Shown: piece by piece, positions 8,318-18,617 of the stretch
Numbering within the stretch: the stretch's first letter is position 1
Layout: every line of letters starts with the position of its first letter
From: a candidate division FCPU426 bacterium
Lineage (GTDB): Bacteria > Oederibacteriota > Muellerivitia > Muellerivitales > Muellerivitaceae
Reading direction: 5' to 3'
Length of the DNA stretch: 64,000 nucleotides
Assembly (NCBI GenBank): GCA_963719085.1
Contig: CAVRAL010000001.1
Coordinates: 544,001-608,000, forward strand
The notes under the pieces: generated by a model
What the model saw: the letters and a program-made list of their open reading frames with translations, nothing else
Databases searched by the model: none
Told to the model about the DNA's origin: nothing
Position numbers and translations under genes: made by a program

Positions 8318-9325
8318 ATGACCGCGAGGTTTTCCTTAATGAAAAGCGTTTTATTTTCGATTGCCCTATGTTTTTGGGCTTTTCAGGCTTTGGCCCAAGG
8401 CGTGGGAACGACCACGGGGGATATTTTAAAAATTAACCTGGGGGACCGGCCCGCCGGCATGGCGGGGGTTTATACGGCCATGGGGGACGACTCTTACTCC
8501 ATTGATTACAATCCGGCCGGATTGGCGCTTTTAAGATCCACGCAGTTGATTGTGCTGCACTTGGACAGCCTGGCCCAAATTCAATACGAGTATTTGACTT
8601 TCGCCACGCCTTTAGGCATCGACAATACGGTGGCGGCCAACTTGATTTACCGCCATATGCCGCCCATTGACAATAACAATGGAAATCCGGCGGTCAATGC
8701 GGACGATTTTTTGGCCGAAGCCACTTTCGCCCATGTCTTTTCGACCTCGTTAAGGGTGGGCGGGACGATTAAATTCCTCAAAAGTGATTTGGCGAACTAT
8801 ACGGCCTCCGCTTTTTGCGGGGACCTGGGGGTTCAATTGGATAAACTGCCCTATGGCATCCGGGTGGGTCTTGCGATCCAAAACCTGGGGCCGGGTATGA
8901 CGTTCGCGCCCCCGGGCACTTCGCCGCCGCCGAATACGCCTTCCGAACCCTTGCCCATGTTCATCCGTTTGGGGATTGGGACCCATCAGGTGATTGATTC
9001 GACCAAGGATTTAAATTTGGGCGTTGAGATTTTCAAGCCCAGCGACCAAAGCATCAAGGCGGCTTTTGGGGGCGAATTTTGGATTTTCCCCCAGCTGTTC
9101 GCGGTCCGCGCCGGATATAAAATTGAGAATTTTGGCTCCATCCCCTCGGACGCTTCCGCCAACGTTTTCCAGTATTACACCTTGGGCTGCACTTTGACGC
9201 GCCGTGTGGACGATAACGATTTTTCGCTCGACTTGGCCTACGACCCGGGGAATTTTGGCGAGACGGTGGAGGACACTTTTTCTTTCGCGCTCAACTTTAA
9301 GTTTAATGAATTCCGGATTTTTTGA
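8318..9325 (+). CDS. PorV/PorQ-like (UPF0164) outer-membrane beta-barrel, second paralogue
   Basis: Signal peptide; LKINLGDRPAGMAGVYTAMGDDSYSIDYNPAGLA; terminal Phe. Confidence 0.85.
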   Translation: MTARFSLMKSVLFSIALCFWAFQALAQGVGTTTGDILKINLGDRPAGMAGVYTAMGDDSYSIDYNPAGLALLRSTQLIVLHLDSLAQIQYEYLTFATPLGIDNTVAANLIYRHMPPIDNNNGNPAVNADDFLAEATFAHVFSTSLRVGGTIKFLKSDLANYTASAFCGDLGVQLDKLPYGIRVGLAIQNLGPGMTFAPPGTSPPPNTPSEPLPMFIRLGIGTHQVIDSTKDLNLGVEIFKPSDQSIKAAFGGEFWIFPQLFAVRAGYKIENFGSIPSDASANVFQYYTLGCTLTRRVDDNDFSLDLAYDPGNFGETVEDTFSFALNFKFNEFRIF

Positions 9326-9397
9326 CCCAAAGGCCGCCGGCGCGCTTTCGTCTTTCGAGTAAACTTTTTCAACCGGCTTCTTGATCCAAGGTACCAA

Positions 9398-9426
9398 TTG
9401 ACAAGCACCGCGTCCCTTGATAATCT
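9398..9426 (+). promoter_or_regulatory. Sigma70 promoter for tRNA-Phe
   Basis: TTGACA-N17-TAATCT upstream of the tRNA. Confidence 0.6.
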
Positions 9427-9483
9427 CGTCCCTCTTTTGAGGGCTTTTCGCCGTTATTTTGGTTTAAACTCCTCCTCTTGAAT

Positions 9484-9559
<76 letters not shown>

Positions 9560-9658
9560 TTTTTTCACGTTTTTCTCCCGCTGGCTCCGTCCGTGATGCG
9601 AGCGATCCGTTATAATGAATCCGCTGTTTGAGGCGAAGACTCACTTTTTGAGGTTTTT

Positions 9659-11047
9659 GTGAACCCGATCCCGGAAGACATCCTAAAGCCCTGCGACATC
9701 CGCGGTATTTACCCCAAACCCTTGGGCCCTGCACAGGCCTCCCAAATCGGCATGGCGCTTGGCGTTTTTGTGAAGCAATCGGGAAAAGGCAACATCAAAA
9801 TCGTGGTGGGATGCGACGCGCGGGAATCAGGCGAAATCCTCAAACGCAGCCTCTCCCGGGCATTGGTGGATTCGGGGCTCAAGGTTTATGAAGCCGGTTT
9901 GGTTTCCACCCCGCTTTTGGCTTTCGCGACCCGCCAGGTCGGGGCGGCGGTGGGGGTCATGGTCACCGCTTCCCATAACCCGCCCGAACACAATGGATTC
10001 AAGTTTTTTCCCTTGGGCGTTCCGGCTGGGATCCTTTGGCTCAACCAACTGTATGCGCTGATCCGGGCGGGCCAGTTCCGTAAAGGCGCCGGCGTGAGCG
10101 AAAAAAAAGATTTCCTGCCCGATTACCGAAATACCCTGGTGAACCAGATGGGCCGTCACTTTAAAGGGATCAAGTTGGTGGTGGACCCGGGAAACGGTGT
10201 TTCGGTTTTAACCGCGGCCCCGGTTTTACAGACCCTTCGGTGTGAGATCGATTGGCTGAATCCCAAGTTGGACGGACGTTACCCGGGCCGGGGGGCGGAC
10301 AGCGCGAACCCGATAGGGCTGGCGATGCTGGGAGAGCGGGTCAAAAAAACAAAATCCCAATTGGGCATCGCGTTTGACGGGGATGGGGACCGGATCAGTT
10401 TTGTGGATGAAAAGGGCCGCGTGGTTCCCAATGATTTGATGCTTTGCCTTTTCGCCCAATGGTTTCTTCCCAAAACCCGGCAGCCCAAGGTGGTGTTTGA
10501 CGCCAAATGCTCGGATTGGGTGGAGCGGGTGGCGCAGGAAGTCGGCGCGGAATCGATTTTGGAAAAATCCGGCCACTCCTACATCTTTGACCGGATGCGA
10601 AAAGAAAACGCGATTTTAGGCGGGGAAGACAGCGGCCACTTCTTTTTGCCGGGCGGGTTTCCCGGAGACGCCCTATTCGCGGCGTTGAAAGTTTTGGAAA
10701 TCCTTCAAAAAGAGCGGAAACAACTGTCCGAATTTTTTAAGCGTTATCCGGAAAGGGTTTCCACCCACGACGTGCGGATTCCTTTGGAGGCGGCGGCGGT
10801 GACGGCGATTTATGAGAAGTTAAAATCAAAGGCCGAAGGCCTGGGCGCCAAGGTTTCCACGGTCGACGGAGTTCGGGCCGTGTTTCAAGAGGGGTGGGGG
10901 ATCGCCCGGCGGTCGGTGACCGAGCAGGTTTTATCCCTTCGTTTGGAGGCCTCGTCTTGGCGGCGTTTGGAAGAGCTTGCGGGCCAATGGCTGCAGGAGT
11001 TCCCCGAGATTCAAGCGATGGTCCTCAAGAGCCGCCTGAGCGCATGA
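9659..11047 (+). CDS. Phosphomannomutase/phosphoglucomutase
   Basis: DIRG, TASHNP (phosphoserine), FDGDGDR metal loop, GGEDSGH, RRSVTE. Confidence 0.93.
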   Translation: MNPIPEDILKPCDIRGIYPKPLGPAQASQIGMALGVFVKQSGKGNIKIVVGCDARESGEILKRSLSRALVDSGLKVYEAGLVSTPLLAFATRQVGAAVGVMVTASHNPPEHNGFKFFPLGVPAGILWLNQLYALIRAGQFRKGAGVSEKKDFLPDYRNTLVNQMGRHFKGIKLVVDPGNGVSVLTAAPVLQTLRCEIDWLNPKLDGRYPGRGADSANPIGLAMLGERVKKTKSQLGIAFDGDGDRISFVDEKGRVVPNDLMLCLFAQWFLPKTRQPKVVFDAKCSDWVERVAQEVGAESILEKSGHSYIFDRMRKENAILGGEDSGHFFLPGGFPGDALFAALKVLEILQKERKQLSEFFKRYPERVSTHDVRIPLEAAAVTAIYEKLKSKAEGLGAKVSTVDGVRAVFQEGWGIARRSVTEQVLSLRLEASSWRRLEELAGQWLQEFPEIQAMVLKSRLSA

Positions 11048-11463
11048 TTTATTGCGTTTTTATCGGAAGCTTTAAAGACGCCCGCCTTTCCCAGTTGGTC
11101 CGCGAATACGGCAAACGCCTGGATCGGCTCTGGCCCGTCACGGTTATCGAACTAAAAGAAAACACCAAAGAGATCCTGAAATTCGTTGAATCTAAAAAGG
11201 GGCGGGCGACCCTGATCTCGTTGGACGCCCACGGCGAGTCATTGAATTCAGCCCAATTCACCAAAAAAGTCACGCAGTCATCGAAAGACCTTTATTTTTT
11301 TGGTTGGGGAGCCTCCGGGCCCGCGCCGGAAGTGGCCGCTCAGTTTGCCCAAAAACTCAGCCTTTCTCCCATGACTTTTTCCCATGAAATGGCCCGGGTC
11401 ATGCTGATGGAACAGCTTTACCGGGCGGGAGCCACGCTAAAAGGCCACCCTTACCCGAAATAA
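11044..11463 (+). CDS. rlmH: 23S rRNA pseudouridine1915 N3-methyltransferase RlmH
   Basis: LSLSPMTFSHEMARVMLMEQLYRA...GHPYPK; ATG at 11044 overlaps the upstream stop (ATGA). Confidence 0.9.
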   Translation: MIYCVFIGSFKDARLSQLVREYGKRLDRLWPVTVIELKENTKEILKFVESKKGRATLISLDAHGESLNSAQFTKKVTQSSKDLYFFGWGASGPAPEVAAQFAQKLSLSPMTFSHEMARVMLMEQLYRAGATLKGHPYPK

Positions 11464-11557
11464 AATCCGGTAAGATGTCCTTGGTTTTGGAAGGGCCGGA
11501 GCCGGTTTGGGTTGGGCTGTCTGAGGAAAACCGCTGGAAGATGGATCAGGAGGGTTT

Positions 11558-12319
11558 ATGAAAATGACGCGAAAACAAATTTTCTATCCCGCTTTTTGCC
11601 TTTTGGCCTTTGCCATTCCGTTGGGCGGCCAGTGCCAAACCCTGGACGCGCCGGAACCGGTTCAATATGTTTTGGAGGACATTCAAGGTTCCGCTGTCCA
11701 GGTTTTAGAGACCGGGACCGATCAATGGGCGGCGGGTGAAGAAGGCGAGGTTTTGGAGTCGGGAGACGAACTCAAGGTGGGCGCGGACAGCCAAGCCACC
11801 TTGATGCTTCAATCCGATACCTCCGTTCTGGTGAGCGCCAACAGCGATGTCAAAATCGATCAAATCGCGGATAATCACAAGGGCGGTTTTTTCAGCCGGC
11901 TTAAAATAACCGCCGGACAATTATTGGCCGACGTGGTGAAGCATTTGGACGAAAGCCAATCGACCTTCGAGGTGGAGGCCAACGGAGTGGTTTGCGGCGT
12001 CCGGGGGACGGCTTTTGAGGTGAGCGCCCAAGGGGATGATGTGCAGACCCTGACCCATGAGGGAACCGTGGATGTCAAAACCGGCGGCCAGGATAATTGG
12101 GTGCGGGCGGGAAACGCCTTCTCTTTTCGAAAAGGACGATTCGCGGGACAGCGGCTTTTGGATCAAGAGGAAATGGGCCGTTTCGCCAAATGGCGTTCTT
12201 ACCGGGAACGCGTGTTTGAAAAACACCGGCAGCGTTTGGAAAATATCCGCAAGGGCGTCCGCCGGGCCTGGGTTCGCCGGGCCCATCGGCGCCGCTTGCG
12301 CCGGGAAATGAACCAATAG
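11558..12319 (+). CDS. FecR-domain exported protein with an Arg-rich tail
   Basis: Signal peptide; LESGDELKVGADSQATL...FEVEANGVVCGVRGTAFEV...HEGTVDV. Confidence 0.8.
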   Translation: MKMTRKQIFYPAFCLLAFAIPLGGQCQTLDAPEPVQYVLEDIQGSAVQVLETGTDQWAAGEEGEVLESGDELKVGADSQATLMLQSDTSVLVSANSDVKIDQIADNHKGGFFSRLKITAGQLLADVVKHLDESQSTFEVEANGVVCGVRGTAFEVSAQGDDVQTLTHEGTVDVKTGGQDNWVRAGNAFSFRKGRFAGQRLLDQEEMGRFAKWRSYRERVFEKHRQRLENIRKGVRRAWVRRAHRRRLRREMNQ

Positions 12320-12367
12320 GATTTGGCGCGCCGTGGCTTTTTATAAGAAAACATCGTAGGATTTATC

Positions 12368-12394
12368 GAGAGGGCTTTAAGGCCCTCTCTTTTT
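12368..12394 (+). terminator. Intrinsic terminator
   Basis: GAGAGGGC-TTTAAG-GCCCTCTC followed by TTTTT. Confidence 0.7.
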
Positions 12395-12415
12395 ATTTAT
12401 CAGGATAGGGAGTTT

Positions 12416-14470
12416 ATGAACGTTTCCGACCGGCTTTCCACGGTGGTCAAGGGTTTTAAAATTGAGAACCGGCCCCAGCAAAACGACATGGCGGAAGCCG
12501 TGGCCCAAACCCTATTCGAGGGCGGGGTTTTGTTGGCCGAGGCCGGGACCGGAGTGGGCAAAAGCTTCGCTTATTTGCTGCCGGCTTTAGAGCACGCCCT
12601 TCGCCGGGGCGGCCCGGTCGTGGTTTCCACCCATACCCTGACCCTCCAGGAACAGCTTTACCGCAAGGATTTGCCGATTGTGATCAAGGCTTTGGAGGCT
12701 GAGGGACTGGGGCCGATTCAAGCGGTGCTGATGAAAGGCCGGGGCAATTATCTTTCGAAGAGGCGTTTGAAACTGGCGGTTGAGTCCCGGCGGCAAATGG
12801 ATTTCGCCGGCGACAGCGGGGAGGTCATGAAGATCCAGGAATGGGCCTCGGACAGCTTGGAAGGCACGCTTTCAACCGCTGCCTTTCCGATTTCGTCCGA
12901 AGTGTGGACCGAGATTAAAAGCGATCCCTATCATTGCTTGGGTCCCCGCTGCGAGACTTATGACACCTGTTTTTATCATTCGGTCCGGCGGAAAGCCTAT
13001 AACACCCATTTGATCCTGGTCAATCACGCCCTGCTTTTGGCCGATTTGGCTTTGAAAATGGACGAGCAGCCTGGCGTTTTGCCTCCCTATGAGACGCTCA
13101 TTATCGATGAGGCCCATCACCTGCCGGCTTTGGCCGCGGAGCATTTGGCCACTTCGGTCACTTTCTCCGAATGTATGGGCTTGGTGCGCCGACTGCTTTA
13201 CGCTGACGACAAATCCAAAGAAGGTAAAAAAGGATTATTCGCCCTGATCCCGACCTCGGGCGCCGGGGAAGCGGTAATGGATTTTAGAAGCGGCGCGGAG
13301 CGGTTCTTTTCCTTATTAGGGGCGGCCCTAGGGGCTGAAACGGGATCGACCCGGGCCTTTAAATTGCCGGAAAATGCCCCGCCGCTGGAGATGTTGGCCG
13401 ATCCCATCCGCCGAATCGAAAACCTGCTGGAACTGGCCCAATCCTCCGCCACGACCGAGGAGTTGGAACTGGAGGCCAAGGGAACCCGGGAAGAATGCCG
13501 GGGACTGATTCAACGCTTATCTTATATTCTCGACCGGGCTTGGGATGAGGAAGCCTGTTATATCGTGGAACCCGATCCGGCGGCGCTGCGGCGGGGGGAA
13601 ATCCGCGCCGCCTCGGTGAAGGCGGTTCCCTTGGACGCCTCAGCCCTTATCCGGGAACATTTGCTTTCTTCGGTGAAGTCGGTGGTTTTCACCAGCGCGA
13701 CCCTTTCGGTGGGAAAAGATTTCTCCTATTTCAAACACGCCTTAGGTTTGGACGACGGGGAACTGGCGCTTCCGGTCCACACGCTCCAAGCCGGGTCACC
13801 CTTTAATTTTAAGAAGCAAGTCACGCTTTTTCTGCCCCGCTCCATGCCCCATCCCCGCAAGGAAGAGGCGAAATACAACGAGGCGGTGATCGACTATATC
13901 CGGGCTTCCCTGAAAATCTCCCATGGCAAGGCCTTCGTCTTATTTACCAGCTTTAAAATGCTTCGGTTGGTGGCGGAAGCCATTCGGCCGGACCTGGATA
14001 AAATGGGCATTACGCTTTTGGTTCAAGGCGAGGACGGCTGGGACCGCACCAAACTGCTCCAGGTTTTCCGGGAGGACATTCATTCGGTGTTGTTGGGGGT
14101 GAACAGTTTTTGGGAGGGGGTGGATGTTCCCGGCGAGGCGCTTTCCAATCTCATCATTACCAAACTGCCTTTCCAAGTTCCCGAAGGACCCCTGGTCGAG
14201 GCCCGGCACGCTCGGCTTAAAGAACAGGGAATGGAACCCTTCCAAGTCGAAAGCCTGCCGGAGGCGGTCTTGCGCTTAAAACAAGGCTTCGGCCGCTTGA
14301 TTCGAAGCGCCACCGATGTGGGAACGGTGACCATTTTGGACCCCCGTTTGACCAGCGAACGTTGGGGTAAAATATTTTTGAACGCTTTACCGGAGTGTGA
14401 AACCGTTTTTCTCTCAAAACCAGGGACGCCGGAAGCCGCGAAAGTTTCCCGAAGCGGTAAAAAGGGCTAA
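12416..14470 (+). CDS. dinG: ATP-dependent DNA helicase, DinG/YoaA family
   Basis: [39 protein letters not shown]. Confidence 0.92.
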   Translation: MNVSDRLSTVVKGFKIENRPQQNDMAEAVAQTLFEGGVLLAEAGTGVGKSFAYLLPALEHALRRGGPVVVSTHTLTLQEQLYRKDLPIVIKALEAEGLGPIQAVLMKGRGNYLSKRRLKLAVESRRQMDFAGDSGEVMKIQEWASDSLEGTLSTAAFPISSEVWTEIKSDPYHCLGPRCETYDTCFYHSVRRKAYNTHLILVNHALLLADLALKMDEQPGVLPPYETLIIDEAHHLPALAAEHLATSVTFSECMGLVRRLLYADDKSKEGKKGLFALIPTSGAGEAVMDFRSGAERFFSLLGAALGAETGSTRAFKLPENAPPLEMLADPIRRIENLLELAQSSATTEELELEAKGTREECRGLIQRLSYILDRAWDEEACYIVEPDPAALRRGEIRAASVKAVPLDASALIREHLLSSVKSVVFTSATLSVGKDFSYFKHALGLDDGELALPVHTLQAGSPFNFKKQVTLFLPRSMPHPRKEEAKYNEAVIDYIRASLKISHGKAFVLFTSFKMLRLVAEAIRPDLDKMGITLLVQGEDGWDRTKLLQVFREDIHSVLLGVNSFWEGVDVPGEALSNLIITKLPFQVPEGPLVEARHARLKEQGMEPFQVESLPEAVLRLKQGFGRLIRSATDVGTVTILDPRLTSERWGKIFLNALPECETVFLSKPGTPEAAKVSRSGKKG

Positions 14471-14513
14471 ATTGTTCGTTGAAGGGCCCCGGTTTACCTG
14501 TAAAATAAATTCC

Positions 14514-15578
14514 ATGCCGAAACCCAAGACGAAATTTCCCGAAACGCCGGTTCCGGAATTGCCGGAGCAAGCGCGTATAGTGGCCGCGGAAAAAGCGGTC
14601 GAGGAAGAGGAAAACTCCCTAAGACCCCAGCATTTAAGGGATTACGTGGGACAAAGCGCGTTGAAGGATTCCTTGGGGATCGCCCTGCAGGCTGCTAAAA
14701 AACGAAACGAAGCTTTGGAACACATGCTTCTGGCCGGGCCCCCGGGACTGGGAAAGACGACCCTGGCGTCGATCATCGCCAAGGAAATGGGGGTGAATAT
14801 CAGGCCGACCTCCGGGCCCATTATCGAGCGGGCGGGCGATTTGGCCGCCCTTCTGACCAATTTACAGCCTTACGATTTATTGTTTATCGATGAGATCCAC
14901 CGGCTTCCCCGGGCGGTCGAGGAAATTCTTTATCCCGCCATGGAAGATTTTCAGCTGGATATTTTGATCGGCAAGGGGCCTACGGCCCGCTCGATCCGGC
15001 TTCAACTGCCGCCCTTTACGCTGGTGGGCGCCACCACAAGGGCGGGAACGGTGAGCGCCCCTTTGAGGGATCGGTTCGGCCTTAATTACCGGCTTGAGTT
15101 TTACACGGACCAAGAGCTGACGGAGATTGTTAAACGCTCGGCGAACGTCCTTAAGATGACTGTTTCGCAGGAAGGCGCGGCGGAGATCGCCAAAAGGTCC
15201 CGCGGAACGCCCCGGATCGCCAACCGGCTCTTAAAGCGGGTCCGCGATTTCGCCCAGGTCAAGCGGCGGGGAGAAGTGGACGCGGAGGTGGCGGACGCGG
15301 CTTTGAAATTATTGGAAGTGGACGCCTTGGGGCTGGACCGGATGGACCGGCGCATTTTGTCTTGCGTGGTGGAAAAGTTCGCGGGCGGCCCGGTGGGGCT
15401 TGAGACCTTGGCCATCGCGGTGGGAGAAGAGTCGGAGACGGTGGAGGATGTTTACGAGCCCTTTTTGGTGCAGCTTGGTTTTTTACAGCGGACCGCCAGC
15501 GGCCGCAAGGCGACGGCGCTGGCCTATCAGCATTTAGGGTTAAATCCGCCCGCGGGGCAACAGGGGAGCCTGATTTGA
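14514..15578 (+). CDS. ruvB: Holliday junction branch migration helicase RuvB
   Basis: [50 protein letters not shown] at 14514 preferred over 14397. Confidence 0.97.
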   Translation: MPKPKTKFPETPVPELPEQARIVAAEKAVEEEENSLRPQHLRDYVGQSALKDSLGIALQAAKKRNEALEHMLLAGPPGLGKTTLASIIAKEMGVNIRPTSGPIIERAGDLAALLTNLQPYDLLFIDEIHRLPRAVEEILYPAMEDFQLDILIGKGPTARSIRLQLPPFTLVGATTRAGTVSAPLRDRFGLNYRLEFYTDQELTEIVKRSANVLKMTVSQEGAAEIAKRSRGTPRIANRLLKRVRDFAQVKRRGEVDAEVADAALKLLEVDALGLDRMDRRILSCVVEKFAGGPVGLETLAIAVGEESETVEDVYEPFLVQLGFLQRTASGRKATALAYQHLGLNPPAGQQGSLI

Positions 15579-16837
15579 GAAAGAGCGACCGGCGGAACAA
15601 CATCCTGCTTCTTTATGGGGCCATCACGGCTTTCGGCATTTTTTTAGGTTTGGTTTTCCCCCTTTTAAACGAGCTGAAGACACCCAATCATTTTTGGTTT
15701 TACGCGGTTTGCGTGTCCTGCGGTATTTTCGCCGCCGCCTTGATCCTTTTAATCATCCAAAAGATCGTGTTGAAGCCCCTGGAAGAGTTTCTGGACGCCA
15801 TGGAAAAAGTCACCAAAGGGGATTTAAACGTCTCCATTCAGGGCCATTATTCAGGCGACTTCAACGCCTTGGCGCAGAACTTTAACATGATGATCGAGTA
15901 TTTGGGATCCTCCGTCATCCAACTTAAAAAAAGCTCGGAAGAAACCTTGGCGCTGGCCCAACAGCTGACCCAGACCATCCAGCAAATGCACGGGGCGACC
16001 GAGGAAGTCTCCTCCACCATCCAAAATATCTCCAAGGGCGCCGAGGAACAGGCCGCCAAGGTCCAGGACGCGTTTAATATTATCGATAAGATGGCGGGCA
16101 ACATCCAAACTTCGGCTGAGCAGTTGAGCAGCGCCGAAAAGGCCGTCTCGCGCTCGAAAAAGGCCTCTGAGGCCGGAAGCGAGGCGGTTCAAAAAACAAC
16201 GGCCCAAATGAACGCCATCCATGAGGTGGTCCAAGGCTCCGCGCGGGAAGTCAATGAGCTGGGCGCCCGGTCCAAGGCCATTGGGAAGGTGGTGGACGTG
16301 ATCACCCATATCGCCGACCAAACCAATCTTTTGGCCTTGAACGCGGCCATTGAGGCGGCCCGGGCGGGGGAATATGGCCGGGGTTTTTCCGTGGTGGCGG
16401 AAGAAGTGAAAAAGCTGGCGGATGGATCGGCGGAAGCCGCGAATCAAATCGCCGGGATGATTCGTCAAATTCAAAAGGAGATATCCTTGGTGGTGACCAG
16501 CATGAGCACGGGCGCGGAAAAGGTCACCGAGGGGTTAACGGTGGTGGCGGGGGCGGGGGACGCCTTGAGCGAGATTCAAAGCGCTTCCAACGAAGTCGTG
16601 ACCCAAGTACAGGATATTTCCGCTTCCTTTGAAAACCAAGCCGACCAAGCTTCCCGGGTGGTGGAGGCGATCACGAACATCGTGGCGGTTTCGGAAGAGA
16701 ACGCCTCGGCCACCGAGGAAATCTCGGCTTCCACCGAGGAATTAACGGCGTCGATGGAGTCCATGGTGGCCGCCGCCCGGCAGTTGGAAGGGGTGGCGGA
16801 CCGATTGAGACTGGCCTCGGCGAAATTCGGCGATTAA
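15575..16837 (+). CDS. Methyl-accepting chemotaxis protein (2 TM, HAMP, signalling domain)
   Basis: [37 protein letters not shown]; two N-terminal TM helices with a very short loop; HAMP. Confidence 0.95.
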   Translation: MRKSDRRNNILLLYGAITAFGIFLGLVFPLLNELKTPNHFWFYAVCVSCGIFAAALILLIIQKIVLKPLEEFLDAMEKVTKGDLNVSIQGHYSGDFNALAQNFNMMIEYLGSSVIQLKKSSEETLALAQQLTQTIQQMHGATEEVSSTIQNISKGAEEQAAKVQDAFNIIDKMAGNIQTSAEQLSSAEKAVSRSKKASEAGSEAVQKTTAQMNAIHEVVQGSAREVNELGARSKAIGKVVDVITHIADQTNLLALNAAIEAARAGEYGRGFSVVAEEVKKLADGSAEAANQIAGMIRQIQKEISLVVTSMSTGAEKVTEGLTVVAGAGDALSEIQSASNEVVTQVQDISASFENQADQASRVVEAITNIVAVSEENASATEEISASTEELTASMESMVAAARQLEGVADRLRLASAKFGD

Positions 16838-16960
16838 TTAAATCGTTCAAACGCTTTTATTTTGCGGATTATTTTTTGTTGAAAAAAATCGGGATGTTTA
16901 TATATTCGATTTCCGGTTGGCGTGTTTGCCTCACTTTCAATTTAACTAAAGGCCCTACTC

Positions 16961-17905
16961 ATGATTGAAGTCAAAGACCTCGTCAAAAATTACGGCCCCT
17001 TCGCGGCCGTGGATAAAATCACTTTTTCAGTTCCCAAGGGAACCATTTTGGGGCTTCTGGGGCCCAACGGCGCGGGGAAAACCACCACCATGCGGGTCCT
17101 CACCACTTCCTTGCCGCCGACCGGCGGAAAAGCCATGGTGGCCGGCTATGACGTGGTGGAAGACGCCCAGGAAGTGCGCCGGCGTATTGGATATCTTCCT
17201 GAAATCCCGCCGATTTATTTTGAGATGACGCTCATTTCTTATTTGAAATTTGTGGCGGACATTAAAGAAATTCCGAAAGCGAAAAAAGCCAACCGAATCG
17301 GGGAAGTTTTGGAAATGATGGATTTGACTGACATCTCCAAGCGCCTGATCGGGCATTTATCTTTGGGCTACCGTCAAAGGGTGGGGTTGGCCCAGGCCTT
17401 AATCCATGACCCGGAAGTTTTGGTTTTGGACGAGCCGACCCGGGGATTGGACCCGAAACAAATATTGGAAATTCGAAAATTGGTTAAATCCCTCAGTGGC
17501 CGCAAAACCATCATCCTTTCCACACATATCCTGCCGGAAGTCGCCTCGACCTGCGACAACGTGGTGATCATTGACCGGGGTAAAGTGGTGGCGGCGGATT
17601 CGGTGGACAACTTATCCCAGCGCCTGACCGGCGGGAAAACGCTGGAAGTGGAAGTGAAGGGACCGGGCGCCGAGGTGGAAAAAGCGCTGGGCAAATGCGA
17701 GGGGGTCGCGGGTATCCGCGCCTTGGGCCGGGAAACCAAGGGTTTGAGCCGGTTTGAGCTGTCGACCGATGGGTCGCCGGAGACCCGGGAGGCGATTTTC
17801 CAATGCGTGGTCAAAAACAAATGGGTGCTCTATCAATTGAATCCGGTGGGGATGAGTTTGGAAGAAGTATTCGTGAAACTCACGACGAAAGAGGGGACGG
17901 CATGA
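16961..17905 (+). CDS. ABC transporter ATP-binding protein (GldA-like)
   Basis: GPNGAGKTT, LSLGYRQRVG, LDEPTRGLDP, STH. Confidence 0.9.
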   Translation: MIEVKDLVKNYGPFAAVDKITFSVPKGTILGLLGPNGAGKTTTMRVLTTSLPPTGGKAMVAGYDVVEDAQEVRRRIGYLPEIPPIYFEMTLISYLKFVADIKEIPKAKKANRIGEVLEMMDLTDISKRLIGHLSLGYRQRVGLAQALIHDPEVLVLDEPTRGLDPKQILEIRKLVKSLSGRKTIILSTHILPEVASTCDNVVIIDRGKVVAADSVDNLSQRLTGGKTLEVEVKGPGAEVEKALGKCEGVAGIRALGRETKGLSRFELSTDGSPETREAIFQCVVKNKWVLYQLNPVGMSLEEVFVKLTTKEGTA

Positions 17906-18615
17906 GTTGGGATAAAATCTGGGCCCTGGCCAAAAAAGAAATTGGTTATTATTTCGCGTCCTTGGTGGGTTATGTGGTTCTGGCGGCTTTTTTCCTGGCC
18001 ACCGGAATTTTCTTTTCCTTGATTGTCTTGGGAAGCCGGCAAGCCACCATGGTTCCGGTCTTCCAAAATACGGTCATCCTGCTTTTGTTCCTGACTCCGG
18101 GCATCACCATGCGGTTGTGGTCCGAGGAAGAAAAGAACGGCACTTCGGAGCTTTTGCGCACCTCACCCCTCACCTTGTGGGAAATTGTCTTGGGTAAATA
18201 TTTAGGGGTTTGCGTGTTTTTTGGCGTCATGCTGGCTTCCACCTTGGTTTATTTGACCATTATCGCGGTGAATGGGAATCCGGACTGGGGGACGATTCTT
18301 AGCAGCTATATCGGTTACATCCTGATCGCCTTGTCTTTTTTCGCGCTGGGCCTGTTCGTTTCAACCTTGAGCGAAAACCAGATCGTTTCCATGGTGCTGA
18401 CCTGGGTGCTTCTTTTGGTGCTGTGGGTCATGGGGGCCGCGGGCAACCTGGTGTCTGGCCCGGCCGGCGACTTTTTAAAATCACTTTCCATTTCCGGGCA
18501 GACGGATGATTTTTTTAAAGGGGTGGTCGATTTGACCCACCTGCTTTATTTCATGAGCCTGATCTTCGTGGGTTTGTTTTTTTCCGTCAAAGTCCTTGAA
18601 AGCAAGAGGAGCTAA
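17902..18615 (+). CDS. ABC-2 permease (GldF-like)
   Basis: AKKEIGYYFAS, ITMRLWSEEEKNGTSELLRTSP, IVLGKY; ATGA overlap with the ATPase gene. Confidence 0.88.
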   Translation: MSWDKIWALAKKEIGYYFASLVGYVVLAAFFLATGIFFSLIVLGSRQATMVPVFQNTVILLLFLTPGITMRLWSEEEKNGTSELLRTSPLTLWEIVLGKYLGVCVFFGVMLASTLVYLTIIAVNGNPDWGTILSSYIGYILIALSFFALGLFVSTLSENQIVSMVLTWVLLLVLWVMGAAGNLVSGPAGDFLKSLSISGQTDDFFKGVVDLTHLLYFMSLIFVGLFFSVKVLESKRS

Positions 18616-18617
18616 CC

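Noticed and set aside
14397..14513. Upstream extensions in the ORF track for ruvB (also rlmH, tgt, the receiver, the permease and spt)
   Set aside because: They overlap neighbouring genes or lack an SD; downstream starts fit family N-termini better.
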